From Vulcanimicrobiota bacterium (GTDB lineage Bacteria; Vulcanimicrobiota; Vulcanimicrobiia; Vulcanimicrobiales; Vulcanimicrobiaceae): a stretch of 64,000 nucleotides of DNA. The position numbers and the translations under genes were made by a program. The stretch lies in assembly GCA_963777315.1 (NCBI GenBank), contig CAVZQC010000004.1:288001-352000 (forward strand), written 5' to 3'. Positions 11,394-22,547 of this stretch are shown here, piece by piece (within the stretch, counting starts at the first letter, position 1; each line of letters opens with the position of its first letter). The notes under the pieces are model-generated. The model was not told where the DNA came from, searched no databases, and was given only the letters and a program-made list of their open reading frames with translations.

Positions 11394-11428
11394 GCGCGCC
11401 TGACCTCCTCAAGGCGCGCTTTCTTTTT
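11394..11428 (+). terminator. Rho-independent terminator after the HD-GYP gene
   Basis: Stem GCGCGCCT/AGGCGCGC followed by TTTCTTTTT. Confidence 0.75.
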
Positions 11429-11470
11429 GTGCGCCACCCAGATGGCACGGCGATACCGCACACTGCGGTC

Positions 11471-11911
11471 ATGGACTACATCATCGGAGCGGGGGCCATC
11501 CTGGAAAGCGGCGAGCGCGGCAGCATTACGCCGGCCAACCTGCACGCGCACGTCGATAGTGCGCTCGCGCAGGCGGTCCGGGTAGCGGCGGTGGATTTCG
11601 AGGGCGGTTCCCCAGACTCGCTGCGACGGTTGCTGCTGGTGGCAAAGGGCTGGAATGCCGCGGCGTTCCGTGCCGGCGTCAGCGACAAGCTGCGCGAGCA
11701 GCGGGTGTGCACGCTGGGGGACGTGCTGACCACGCTGGCGCGCGCGGCCGGTGCAAGCGAGGTGCACCTGTTCGCACACTGGCTGCCCGACGAAGCCACC
11801 TGCGCGCAACTGAGCGCTGCGGGTGTCGGTATCGTGACGCATCCCTTAGAAAGCATCCAGGCCGCATCGGTCGTAGCGGGGCAGCGCCGGCGGCGCTGGA
11901 TGGCTGCCTAA
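11471..11911 (+). CDS. Hypothetical protein
   Basis: ATG 11471 (MDYIIGAGAILESGERG) lies after the terminator; host-like codon usage. Confidence 0.6.
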   Translation: MDYIIGAGAILESGERGSITPANLHAHVDSALAQAVRVAAVDFEGGSPDSLRRLLLVAKGWNAAAFRAGVSDKLREQRVCTLGDVLTTLARAAGASEVHLFAHWLPDEATCAQLSAAGVGIVTHPLESIQAASVVAGQRRRRWMAA

Positions 11912-11960
11912 ACTCCGGCACAGCGGGGCCACAGGGTTTGCGGCGACGATCCACAGTAGA

Positions 11961-12647
11961 ATGTTGGATATGCAGCCCGCCCGCGTCGCTGTGGTCGATG
12001 ACGACCGGTTCGTCCGTGAGATGCTCGAGTTGGGGCTCACGCGCGAAGGTTACATCGTGCGAACTGCGGCGGACGGTTTGGCGGCGCTCGATTTGGTGCG
12101 CGCCTGGGATCCCGAAGTGATCGTGCTGGACATCATGATGCCCAAGATCGACGGCGTCACGCTGCTGCCGCGGCTTCGCGAAATCACCCAGGCGCCGATT
12201 CTCATGCTCACGGCCAAAGGCGAAACGGCCGACAAAGTGTCCAGTTTAGGAGCCGGCGCGGACGACTATTTGGTCAAGCCGTTCGTCTTCGAAGAACTCA
12301 TCGCGCGCCTGCAGGCCAAGCTGCGCCGTCCGCAGCTGATCGAAGAACAGGTCCTGCGCTGGCACGAAGTTTCGATCAATCCGGTCACGCGCGAAGCGTG
12401 GCGCGGCCAATCGCGCCTCGATCTCACCCAGCGCGAGTTCGATCTGCTCGAAGTCTTCTTGCGCGAACCGCGGCGGGTGTTCAGCAAAGACCATTTACTC
12501 GAGCTCGTGTGGGGCCACGATTTCGAGGGCGGCCCGAACATCGTGGAAACGTACATTTCCTATCTGCGCGCAAAGATCGACCGGCCCGAGCAGGCGTCTT
12601 CGTTCATTCGCACGGTGCGCGGCGTCGGCTACGGCCTCTCGCAGTAG
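11961..12647 (+). CDS. OmpR/PhoB-family response regulator
   Basis: VVDDD, LDIMMP, LTAK, GADDYLVKPF, LTQREFDLL, IRTVRGVGY. Confidence 0.95.
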   Translation: MLDMQPARVAVVDDDRFVREMLELGLTREGYIVRTAADGLAALDLVRAWDPEVIVLDIMMPKIDGVTLLPRLREITQAPILMLTAKGETADKVSSLGAGADDYLVKPFVFEELIARLQAKLRRPQLIEEQVLRWHEVSINPVTREAWRGQSRLDLTQREFDLLEVFLREPRRVFSKDHLLELVWGHDFEGGPNIVETYISYLRAKIDRPEQASSFIRTVRGVGYGLSQ

Positions 12648-12651
12648 GAGT

Positions 12652-14055
12652 GTGATGCGCCGTTCGCTCGCGTCGCGGCTGGCGTCGTTATACACGCTGC
12701 TGCTGGGTATTACCGTACTGCTGGTGATCGTTGCGTCCTCCATCGCGCTGATCTACGAGCTCTCCGGTTTCAGCAGCGACATCATCATCGCCAAGCACGA
12801 AGAGGCGCGGTTTTTGTCGGCGCGCTACGAAGGCGACGGCATGACCTTGCAGCAAGCCGCGCCGCGCATCGTGCGCGCGCTGAGCGGAATCGGGCTGCAC
12901 GTCGCGGTGTACGATGCAGCCGGCAAGTTTTTGGGCGGCGATCCTGCCGTGCGTCCGGATATCCTCGGCCGCGTCTTGCGCGGAAGCGTCAAATTGGCGC
13001 CGCCGCCTCGCATCGGGGAAGCTGAAGAAGGCGTGCCGGGCCGTTTGCCGATGCGTTCTCCGCCGCATGACTGGTGGCGCATCACGGCGGTTCCGGGCGG
13101 CTATGTCACGTTCGAAGCTTCGGAGTGGATCATTTTTGCCAACCTCGTTCCGTACTGGTGGATCATCATCGGCATCGCGGTGCTGGCAATCGTCGCGTCG
13201 TGGTTCATCGGCCGGTTCTTTTCGCGTCAGGCGCTCGCGCCCGTGACCGAAGTGACGTCGTCGCTGCAGGCGCTTTCTTCCGGCGATTACACCCAGCGCC
13301 GTTTCGTCACCGCGAGCGGCGACGAGATCGGCACGCTCACCCAAGCGTATAACGACGCCGCAGCCAGCGTCGCGGCCGCGATGGAAGAACGGCGCAGCAC
13401 CGAAGCCAGGATGCGGCAGTTCGTCGCCGATGCCGGACACGAGCTGCGCACGCCGCTTACGGTGATCGCCGGGTACATCGACGTGCTGCGCCGGGGAGCG
13501 ATCGAAGAACCCAACGTCGCAAAAAGCATCCTCGGCACCATGGCGCTCGAGAAAGAGCATATGCGCGGGCTCATCGATCGTTTGATGCGGCTGGCGCGCA
13601 TGGATTCGGAAACGCCGCCTGACCGTACCGCGATCGACGTGGCGGCGATGCTGCGCGACCAGTGTGAGGCGGCTCGGCGCTTGGACGAGCGCCTGCAAAT
13701 CGACTACAACGTCGACGGCGTGAAAGAAGTGTATGCCGACCGCGCCGAACTGGGCGACGCGCTCTGGAACGTCGTGGAGAACGCGCTCAAGTACGCACCT
13801 CAGGCGCCGGTGCATCTACGCGCGTATCGGGAAAACGGCAGCACCGTGTTCAGCGTTCGCGACGAAGGACCCGGAATGAGCGAATCGGAGCGCCTGCATG
13901 CGTTCGAGCGCTTTTATCGAGGCGACGCGCGCGGCGAGATTCCCGGAACGGGGCTGGGGCTGGCGATCGCAAAACGTGCCGTCGATCGCGCCGGGGGCAG
14001 CATCGGCATCGAGAGCGCGCCCGGGCGCGGCACGACCGTATTCATCACGCTTTAA
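12652..14055 (+). CDS. HAMP-domain sensor histidine kinase
   Basis: Two TM segments, HAMP, FVADAGHELRTPL, NVVENALKY, DEGPG, GTGLGLAI. Confidence 0.95.
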   Translation: MMRRSLASRLASLYTLLLGITVLLVIVASSIALIYELSGFSSDIIIAKHEEARFLSARYEGDGMTLQQAAPRIVRALSGIGLHVAVYDAAGKFLGGDPAVRPDILGRVLRGSVKLAPPPRIGEAEEGVPGRLPMRSPPHDWWRITAVPGGYVTFEASEWIIFANLVPYWWIIIGIAVLAIVASWFIGRFFSRQALAPVTEVTSSLQALSSGDYTQRRFVTASGDEIGTLTQAYNDAAASVAAAMEERRSTEARMRQFVADAGHELRTPLTVIAGYIDVLRRGAIEEPNVAKSILGTMALEKEHMRGLIDRLMRLARMDSETPPDRTAIDVAAMLRDQCEAARRLDERLQIDYNVDGVKEVYADRAELGDALWNVVENALKYAPQAPVHLRAYRENGSTVFSVRDEGPGMSESERLHAFERFYRGDARGEIPGTGLGLAIAKRAVDRAGGSIGIESAPGRGTTVFITL

Positions 14056-14096
14056 CGCGACTCTCAGCAGTTTCCAAAGCCAAGCGTGGTACAAGA

Positions 14097-17000
14097 ATGG
14101 CGATGCGCCGACTTTTCGGGCTTTGCTTGACCCTGGCGTTGCTGGCCGGCGCGGCGCCCGTCCTGGCCCAGACCGACACCGGCGAAATCGACATCGTCGT
14201 GCAGGATGCGGCGTCCAAAGCACCCGTCGTGCTGGCGCGCGTCCTGTTGGACGGCCCGGTAATTACCAGCGAATTCACCGGAGACAACGGGCGCGTGCGG
14301 TTCACCGAGGTGCCCGACGGAGTCTATCGGGCGCGCGTGTTTGCGCGCGGCTTCCAGGCGGTGACTTCGGAAAACTTCGAGGTTACGAACGGGCGCATGG
14401 TCACCGTGACGGTCGCCTTGGCGCAGTCGACGGGCAATCTGAAAACGATTGCATCGGTCGTCGCCAAGTCGACGGCAAACGTTTCGACCACGACGATCGA
14501 TGAGAACAGCACGCAGCGCCGGCTTTCGGATACCCTGGCCGATGCGCTGGGCAAACTGTCGGGCGTAAACGTTTCGACCTCGAGCAACGACACCGACGCC
14601 ACGCAGACCGTTTCGCTCGAAGGGCAGGACGCCAGCCAAACGGCGCTCACGCTGGACGGCATTCCGCTCAACGCGCCGGGCTCGGCGGGAGACCTGCGCG
14701 GCATCGGCACCGATCTCTTTACGCGGTCGAACGTGTCGTTCGGTCCGCAAATCGGCGGTTTGGCAGGCGGCGTGAACTTTTCCACGCTGCAGCCCACGCT
14801 GTCGTGGAACAGCGAATTTTCGCTTTCGGTGGGAAGCAACGGCAAAAATAACTACTCGTTCGGCGAAAGCGGAACGCTGGGCAAAGTGGGCCTGGCGGTC
14901 ATGCGTACGTACCGGCTGACGCCGAGCCTGCTGGACGGCATGAGTTTTCTGGACACGAGCGGTTTGAATTACGTTCACGACGGCGACGGCCAGTCCGCCG
15001 GCACGATGCTCAAACTGCGCTACCAGCCCAGCGAGTCGCAAACGCTCACGGGCACGTTCATGAAAACCGCCAACGGGTCGCAGCTGGTGTGCGCGCAAAT
15101 CACCGGACCGCTACCGTGCGGCTACGGACCCAACAACAGCTACGACACCAACTTCAAGCTGTTCTCGCTCAGCGACGACGCGCTGGTGGGCGATACGCAA
15201 GTGCAAGCCTCGGTCTACGGACTGCGCATGGCGTCGACGCGCGACGAGCTCGATCGCTACGTGAACGGTGTGGCCGAACCGACCGGCACCTCGCAATCCA
15301 TGAGCACGAACGGCCTGACGTTCAGCGCCATACTTCCGGCGCGCGACCGGCACACGATCTCGATCAACGGCTACGAAACGAGCAGCGACAGCGCGTTCAC
15401 GCCGCTGGTTGCGCAGGCCGCTCCGTACGTTGTTCCGGGGCAGCACGTGTCGTATGCTGCCGTTACGGTCAACGACAGCATTCGTTCAAACACCAAGCTG
15501 CGCTTCAACGATTCCATCGGCATCAGCCGGGCCAGCAATGCGCCGGCCTCGCTGCTCGTGGGTTTCGGTACGCAATGGAATCCGACCGCCGACGACGGAT
15601 TCGCGTTCACCTATAACATCGGCGGCACCGCCGCGCACGCGGGCCGCTTCGGCGTGCTCAGCGATCCGGCGCAGCTGCGAATCGACTGCAATGGCGACGT
15701 CGCCTACGGGAACGCGCCCGGAGACGAGCCCGGTGCGAGCTCTTCGAATTCGGCGCGCTTGAGTTACACCCACAAAATGCGCGCCGGCTTGATCAGCACG
15801 CAGGTGTACCGTCAGGTGCAGCACGACGTCGTGCTGCCCACGCAGGTCAACGGCAGCGTGCTCTCGGGGATGGGTGCCTTTCCGCCGGACTATTTCGGCC
15901 AGGTGCAGCAAACGTACCAGAACGCGTGCGGTACGGCGGCGCCCTTTGGACCGGTCAACACGTATTTCCAGACGCCCATCGGCAACGTCCAGCGCGTATA
16001 CGAAGGCGCGCAGATCTCGGCGTTCTATACGCTGGGGCCGGTCGTCATCGAGCCGTACTACAACGTGCAGGTGGCCAAAGCGCTCAGCGGCGACGTTCGC
16101 CTGAACAATCCTTACTCGATTACGATTCCCGCCGCGCAGCCTGCCCAACGTTCCGCTCCACCGCGCCGGAATCACGGTCGATTACAAGGCGCCGCGTTCT
16201 GCGTTCGAATGGCTGGCCGATGCAAACTACACCGGCGCCAACAATTCCCAAAATCTGCCGGCGTACACGACCGTCGACGCGGGCGTCGACGCGCATTTGC
16301 GGCGAGGCGATTTGGTTTTTGCCGCCAGCAACGTGTTCAACACGTACGGCGGCGCGTTCGCCGGCTCGCAGTGGGCAGTCCCGTACACGACCTTGGGCGG
16401 CACGCAGATCGCAACGATCGCGCGTCCGAACCCGCCTCGGCAATACTCGGTGACGTACACCGTGCGCTTCGGGCAAGGCGTGGCGCAAAACGGCAACTCG
16501 GGCGCGCCGCTGCTTTCCCAGCAAGGGCCGGAAGGCCGGGGCGGCTCGCGAGGGCGCGGATTCCGGCAATTCGGCGCTCCGCTTCCACAGAGCCCGCCGG
16601 CCGATCCGTTCGCGCTCAACGCCACGCCCATGTGCACGGCGGAGGCGCAAAAAGCCGCTCAGCCCATTCTGAACGGCCTCAAAAACTACGTAGCGCAAAT
16701 CAACGCGCTCAAGGGCGCGCAAGGCTTTCCCGCCGCGGTTCCGCCGGCCGGCATCCCGGGATTGAACGTGCAGTATCACGGGCTGGGTTCGACGTACGCG
16801 CTCACCGTTACGCTCACGCAGACGGCGCAGATGCGCTCGCTGTTCGGCTGCACGACGCTCCATATTGCCGACCAGCAGACGGCCCAGCAGCGCAGCCTCT
16901 ACGTGCAGCCCAGCTCGAGCGGCATGTTCTTCCGGCCTGCAGTGACGTTCATGCCCTCGGTGGGTCTGTATTTCGTTCGGCGGCCTCCGCAGCCGGGCAC

Positions 17001-17412
17001 GCAGAGTTTCCGTCTGTACAAACTGCCCGCTGCTGCGCCGAGCACGCCGTTTGCGCTGCACGCCGTTTCGACTACGTGTACGGCGGACATGCACGCCGCA
17101 GCGCAAACCGCCCTTGCGCAGCTCCAGGCGCACTTTGCCGACAATGCGCCTGCGCCCGCGTGGACGATCGCTTCGCATGCGGCAAAGGCCGGGACGTGGT
17201 ATTCGCTCGAACCGGTCGACATCGGGACGGTTCCCGCGCTGCTCAACTGCGGACACGTTGCCGCCGCGAATCGTCAGGCGCTGTCGGCGTTGGGATGGGA
17301 TGGCGAACGTCCGCCGACGCTGAACTACGCGCCCGCGCTGGGACTGTACGTTATGATGGGCATGCCGGGCGGCGGTCCGCGCCCGTCCGCATCGCCCAGT
17401 CCCGCGCCGTAG
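14097..17412 (+). CDS. TonB-dependent-receptor-like outer membrane protein with N-terminal carboxypeptidase-regulatory-like domain and long C-terminal extension; +1 frameshift at ~16140
   Basis: Signal peptide, LKTIASV, plug-like DALGKLSGV...LDGIPLN. Removing one C at ~16140 gives QLPNVPLHRAGITVDY...NLPAYTTVDAG...SNVFN...PPRQYSVTYTVRF. Confidence 0.8.
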
Positions 17413-17460
17413 CGGAATCAAGAAGCGATCTTCCACCTCGATAGCGGAGATACGATTTAC

Positions 17461-17632
17461 ATGAGTGACGAGAATCGGCCTGAGCTTGCGCGAAGCAACG
17501 GGCGAACAGCGTGTCCGATTGGTCTTCGGTCAAGGGATGACGCCCGAGCAAATAGCTGAAGCGGCTATTGCCAGCTATGAGAAACACTTCGGCAAACTAC
17601 CCGACGAAGATTTAGAGGACGAGAGCACCTAA
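17461..17632 (+). CDS. Possible small acidic protein (needs +1 correction at ~17491)
   Basis: GGAG upstream of ATG 17461; corrected read MSDENRPELAEATGEQRVRLVFGQGMTPEQIAEAAIASYEKHFGKLPDEDLEDEST. Confidence 0.35.
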
Positions 17633-17719
17633 AGCGGGATGCGCTCGGGGGATATGGCGTTCTATCTCAATACCGATCCACGCGGGCACACACATCGGTG
17701 TACCGCAGCGCCGGTTCGA

Positions 17720-18052
17720 TCAAGAGAGCAGCCAGCCCAGCGCGGCAAGGTTGAAAAGCGCCGTTGCGGCCGGCCCGAACGTTTTGAGCGGATCCGCGAG
17801 CGCAACCCCAATCCCCGCGTCGCAAGCCTGGACAACGATCATACAGCACGCGACGGATTCCAACCACGCCGGCTCGTCGATGGGGAACGCCACGATGCTC
17901 GCAACGACCAGGGCTAGACTGCGGGCCGAGGCATAGAGGGCCACCGTCCGCGTCTGACCTGACGCTGAACGGCAGGCGACAATCGAGAAGCCTAGGCTTA
18001 CGATCGCGCTGATCGCGGTTACTATTGCGCAAACAAGGAACGGCAGCGTCAC
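17720..18052 (-). CDS. Small multi-pass membrane protein
   Basis: GTG 18052; about four hydrophobic segments; ALYASARSLAL, VQACDAGIG, KTFGPA. Confidence 0.7.
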   Translation of the reverse strand: MTLPFLVCAIVTAISAIVSLGFSIVACRSASGQTRTVALYASARSLALVVASIVAFPIDEPAWLESVACCMIVVQACDAGIGVALADPLKTFGPAATALFNLAALGWLLS

Positions 18053-18066
18053 GTTTTCTTCGTCAG

Positions 18067-18495
18067 TTACGCGTTCACCGTATTGCGAGCGGTAAACGAA
18101 ATGTCCGCGTCCTGTACTTCGCGGTAGGGGAGCAGCCACACCAGCGACTCGTCGTGCAGGTCGACCACTTGCACCCGGTTCCCGAACGGATCGATGAAAT
18201 CGCAGCGGAAGTGGGGAAAAAGTTGCAGCCCGTACTTCTTCGTGATCTTTTCGCGCACTTGCGCGATCTGATCCTCATCGCGCACCAGCAGACCGAAGTG
18301 CCGCACGCGGTCCGGCCGCACTTTGTCGACTTCGAACATCGCCAGGAATTGATGTTCGCCGAGCTTGAAGAACGCATCGCCCTCGCCGTCGTCGAGTTTT
18401 TCCAAATTGAACACGTCCTGATAGAACGCCACCGCCTTTTCGATGTCGTCCACTTCGATGGCGATGTGATTGCAGCCGTACGCTTTGACGCTCAT
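18067..18495 (-). CDS. VOC/glyoxalase family protein
   Basis: NHIAIEVDDIEKAVAFYQDVF, RHFGLLV, FIDPFGNRVQV. Confidence 0.88.
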   Translation of the reverse strand: MSVKAYGCNHIAIEVDDIEKAVAFYQDVFNLEKLDDGEGDAFFKLGEHQFLAMFEVDKVRPDRVRHFGLLVRDEDQIAQVREKITKKYGLQLFPHFRCDFIDPFGNRVQVVDLHDESLVWLLPYREVQDADISFTARNTVNA

Positions 18496-18535
18496 GCCGC
18501 TCAAGACACCGCTGCCGCCGAGGGTGGTTGCGCCG

Positions 18536-20555
18536 TTACGGCTTTCTCAGGTAGCGGTCCAGCCACTGCAGCCATAACCGCGTGAGGATGGCGGTTTGCG
18601 CGGCGTCCGCGGGGCCGTGCGTATTTGCCGGAAAGACGACGAATCGCACGGGTACGCCGCGTTCGTGCAGCGCATGGTAAAACTCGTAAGCTTGCGGAAT
18701 CGGTACGACCGGATCCAAGGTCGTAGCCCATATCAGCGTCGGCGTCGTAACCGCGCGCGCATAGGCGATCGGGGATTGCGCAAGATAGACCGCGGCTCCG
18801 CCCTTTGCATATGGGGAAGTGCCCAAGTAATACCGGTTCTGCACGTTGCTCGTCGACAGCGCGTACTCGTCGATTTCGTTGTTGACGGCCGCCCCGGAGA
18901 CTGCCGCGCGCCAAAAGTGATGTTGGGTAATGAGCCAGCTGGTGAGCAGGCCGCCGTACGACCACCCGCACACGCCGATGCGGCTCGTGTCCGCACCGGG
19001 CAGTTTGCCCACCGCAGCTAGACCGCGCAGAATGTCGTCGGCAGGACCGCTGACCGTGTCGCGATAGATGGCCAATGCAAAAGCGTTTCCGTCGTCGTCG
19101 CTTCCACGATAGTTCGGTTCGAAAACAATGTACCCGTGAGATGCAATCAGCTGCGCGCGCGGCCAAGCTTCCCAGGCAAAGCTGCGAAGGCTCGAATCGC
19201 CGGGTCCGCCGTGAATGTTCACGACGATGGGATACTTGCGGCCGGCCTGCATATTCGGCGGAAACGTGACTACGCCGTACTCTTGGAACCCGCCACGTCC
19301 ATGCCAGCGAATCTCCCGCATAGTGCCCAGCTGCAGGCGTGCCAAAGCATCGTTGAAATGCGTGAGCGCGCGAGGCTTAGCGCGCACGGAGGCCAGATAG
19401 TACAATTCACGAGCGTGATGGGGACCGATACCAAGAAACGCTATAGACCCGCTGTGCGATACGCCGGCGGCGATGCCGGCATCGAACGTGCTGCTCGCGT
19501 ACGAGTCGCACACGACGTTCAAATCGCCCAAATCGAGCCTGCTGGTATCTGCCGTCGAGCGAAAGCAGCCACGCTTGCGCCTTGGTGCGATGGTTCGCGC
19601 ACACGAGCAGTGCGCGGCCGTCCGGCATCCACAACGCGCCGCCCGCGTTGAAATCGAAATGCGCCGTAACGTCGGTGTCGGTCTTTCCGTCGCGCAAACG
19701 CAGGGTGTTGAACGCTAAATAGTTGCCGCTGCGCGCGTACCAATACAGCAGCTTCGATCCGTCCGGCGAGAACGACGGACTGAGCTCCAAACGCGTATGT
19801 CCGGTGAGCTTGCGCAGCCGCCCGGCAGCGACGTCGAGTTCCCAAAGCGTCGAATACTCGTCGTCGCCGCTCAAGGTGTTCGCCACTCGGGTAAACACGA
19901 TGCGCTCGCCGTCGCGCGACCAGACGAACTGCGGCGCAAAAATTCCCCCGCTGTCGGTGGGCGCAAGCGTCCACGAGCCGTGGGTGAGCTCGCGCGCGGC
20001 TCCGCCCGCGGCGGATATCAGCCATAAGTGAATCGGCGCGGTCGGGGAGGTCGCGGTATAGTCGTTGTCGGCCGCATCGAAGAATCCCGGATCGGGAATG
20101 GCCACGGCGGCGGCAAACGCGAGCTGTGCCCCGCCGGGTCGCCAGGCCATGTCAATGACGTCCGAACGGCTGTGCGTCAGCTGCCGAACGCCGTGCGAAT
20201 CTTCCGCGAACAACTGCATGTGCCCGCTCGGGCGATCTTGCTGCAGGTACGCCAGCGTGCTGCCGTCCGGCGACCAGCGCGGATCGGCCACTTCGCCGCC
20301 GCGCGCGACCGTCGTTTGAGCGCCGCCGGCGATAGTCACCAGCACCAGGGCGCTGCGTTCACCACGCCGGACGATAACCGCGACGCGCGTACCGTCCGGC
20401 GAGATCGCGGGCTGCTCGAGGTCCACGATGGCACGCATGTCGGCAATCGCCAGCGTGCGCGCCGCTGCCTGTGCGGTCCAGGGCGCTGCTAACAGCGCTA
20501 AGGATGCAAGTGTGCGAGCAAGAAGTCCGAAGTGTGCGAGTCGGCTTCGTACCAT
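18536..20555 (-). CDS. S9 family peptidase (propeller + alpha/beta hydrolase); +1 frameshift at ~19540; start uncertain
   Basis: PAISPDG/WSPDG repeats, IHGGP, NYRGS, GWSYGG. Halves join as LDGRYQ|RLDLGDLNV. Confidence 0.85.
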
Positions 20556-22543
20556 GAATGCCAGCGAAGAAACCCGTGAATGTCGTTCGGTATCACGTAC
20601 TCCTCGTAGGGAACGTGCGCCAAGCGCAGACGCGCAACGAGATCGACCATCTGATGGAAGCGCACGTTGCGGTCGTCGTCGCCTTGAATCAGCAGTACGG
20701 GCGACTTCCACGTCGAGATGTAGGCGTCAGGCGACGATAGCCAAGCCGTTTTCAGGAACTTGCGGCGGTCGATCTGCTGATACCGCTGCTGCGTGGGCCC
20801 TCCGAACCATTCCGGAAACATCGTCCAATCGTGCACGCCGTGCCAGTCGACGCCCGCCTTGAAAATGTTGGAGTTTTTCGCCAGCGCCAGCGCAGTCAAA
20901 TATCCGCCGTAGGATCCGCCCCATATTCCGATTCGCTTGGCGTCGACGGCGGGATCGCGTTGCAGATATCGCGCGCCGGCCAGCACGTCCTGATACTCTG
21001 AGGCGCCCGCCGGCCCCGCATGCGCCGGATGGTGAAAATCGTGGCCGTATCCGATCCCCAAGCGGTAATTCACCGACAGCACGACAAAGCCGCGGTTCGC
21101 AAGGTATTGGTTTTCTGCGTACCCGTACGTGTAGTAATCGAAGTAATGCCAAGTCAAAAGCATTTGCCGGGGAGGCCCGCCGTGAACGAAGATGACCGCG
21201 GGCTTTTTGGCCGGCGAACCGGGTGAATCGAACAGCTGTCCGTGCACCAACGTGCCGTCGCCGGATCGAAAGGAAACTTCTTTGGGCACCACCAGGCTGT
21301 CGGTCGGGAAGTCGTTCGGTATTTGATCCGCATCGAGCGTTCGCCCATTGTAAACGATCGTGGTGGGCGCTTTGGCGCCGGCTTGAACGTACGCTACGCC
21401 GCCGTCGGTCGCTGCGGGCCACCACTCGCTGTTGGTGCCGCGCGTTACCTCGACCGGCGTTCCGCCGCCGGCGGAAACGCGAAAGATGTGACGGCGATCG
21501 TCGTCGCCGGGAGTGCTCCCGCTGTTTGCCGTGTAGTAGATGCTGGCCAGATCGGGCGATACCGCCGTGTCTTCGATCACGTAGTTGCCGGGCGTGAGAA
21601 GGCGCGGCGTTCCGCCTTGCGCGGCGATTTCGTAGATGTGCGGCCAGTTCGACTGTTCGGAAATGAAGATCAGCCGATCGCCCGCGACCCAATTCAGCTG
21701 CGGGCCTTTGATTTGGGGCAGCGAGTCGCGCAGCGAATCGCCGCTGTGCCAGATCTGACGGCCTTGGCCGCCGGCGGCATCGGCCGTCCAAATGGCCCAC
21801 GTTTGCGGATGGCGCGCGAGCGGATCCTGCGGCGGTCCTCCGCTTCCCGGAATACGCACAAACGCAATGCGCGAGCCGTCCGGCGACCATTGCGGCGAAA
21901 AATCACGCGAGGTGGACGGGGCGAGGTATTCAATCGGCGTATCGCCGTTGCGGTAGAGCCCGATGAAACTGTGGTCGCCGCGATCCGAGGTGAACGCGAG
22001 TGCTTTGCCGTTCGGCGCCCATTGCAGTTCGGAGTCCTCGCCGCGGTCGAAAAATAAGCGCGAAGAGGCTTTACTGCCGTCGATAGGTGCCGACCACACC
22101 GACGGATCCGGATCGTGCACGAATGCGACGGTCGTGCTGTCCGGCGAGATCACCGGAGAATCGCCGTTGCCGAGCGCTTTTGGGGCCCCTCCCGACGTGG
22201 CAATGGAGAAGACTTGGAGCTGCGGCTCGATCGGACTGGAGTTCGGATCGGGCCACGGACGGACTATCCAATTCGAATCGTGCGCGCCGCCGCGCGCGTA
22301 TACGACGTATTTGCCGTCTTTGGACACGGCCAGACCGGTGATCTCCTGTCCATCGTCCGATTGCGAGCTCCACAGCATGCGCGCAGCATAGTTCGGTCCG
22401 GGTGCAAACCAGATGCTGCGAACGCCGCTTTCGTTCAGGACGTAAGCGATGCTGTGGCCGTCGGCGCCTTGCACCAGCGCGGCGGGAAACGGCAGACCCA
22501 ACACTTGGGCCAGCGAAAACAGGGCGGCAAGAAGAACGTGCAC
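20498..22543 (-). CDS. S9 family (dipeptidyl/acylaminoacyl) peptidase
   Basis: PD40-like repeats, VHGGPPRQM, VNYRLGIGYG, GGSYGG, GDDDRNV, HGF. Confidence 0.9.
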   Translation of the reverse strand: MHVLLAALFSLAQVLGLPFPAALVQGADGHSIAYVLNESGVRSIWFAPGPNYAARMLWSSQSDDGQEITGLAVSKDGKYVVYARGGAHDSNWIVRPWPDPNSSPIEPQLQVFSIATSGGAPKALGNGDSPVISPDSTTVAFVHDPDPSVWSAPIDGSKASSRLFFDRGEDSELQWAPNGKALAFTSDRGDHSFIGLYRNGDTPIEYLAPSTSRDFSPQWSPDGSRIAFVRIPGSGGPPQDPLARHPQTWAIWTADAAGGQGRQIWHSGDSLRDSLPQIKGPQLNWVAGDRLIFISEQSNWPHIYEIAAQGGTPRLLTPGNYVIEDTAVSPDLASIYYTANSGSTPGDDDRRHIFRVSAGGGTPVEVTRGTNSEWWPAATDGGVAYVQAGAKAPTTIVYNGRTLDADQIPNDFPTDSLVVPKEVSFRSGDGTLVHGQLFDSPGSPAKKPAVIFVHGGPPRQMLLTWHYFDYYTYGYAENQYLANRGFVVLSVNYRLGIGYGHDFHHPAHAGPAGASEYQDVLAGARYLQRDPAVDAKRIGIWGGSYGGYLTALALAKNSNIFKAGVDWHGVHDWTMFPEWFGGPTQQRYQQIDRRKFLKTAWLSSPDAYISTWKSPVLLIQGDDDRNVRFHQMVDLVARLRLAHVPYEEYVIPNDIHGFLRWHSWYEADSHTSDFLLAHLHP

Positions 22544-22547
22544 GCTT

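Noticed and set aside
16141..17444. Arg-rich tail of the 1115-aa ORF (and of the 1288-aa ORF at 26711-27390)
   Set aside because: Out-of-frame readthrough after a +1 frameshift; the real protein continues in another frame.
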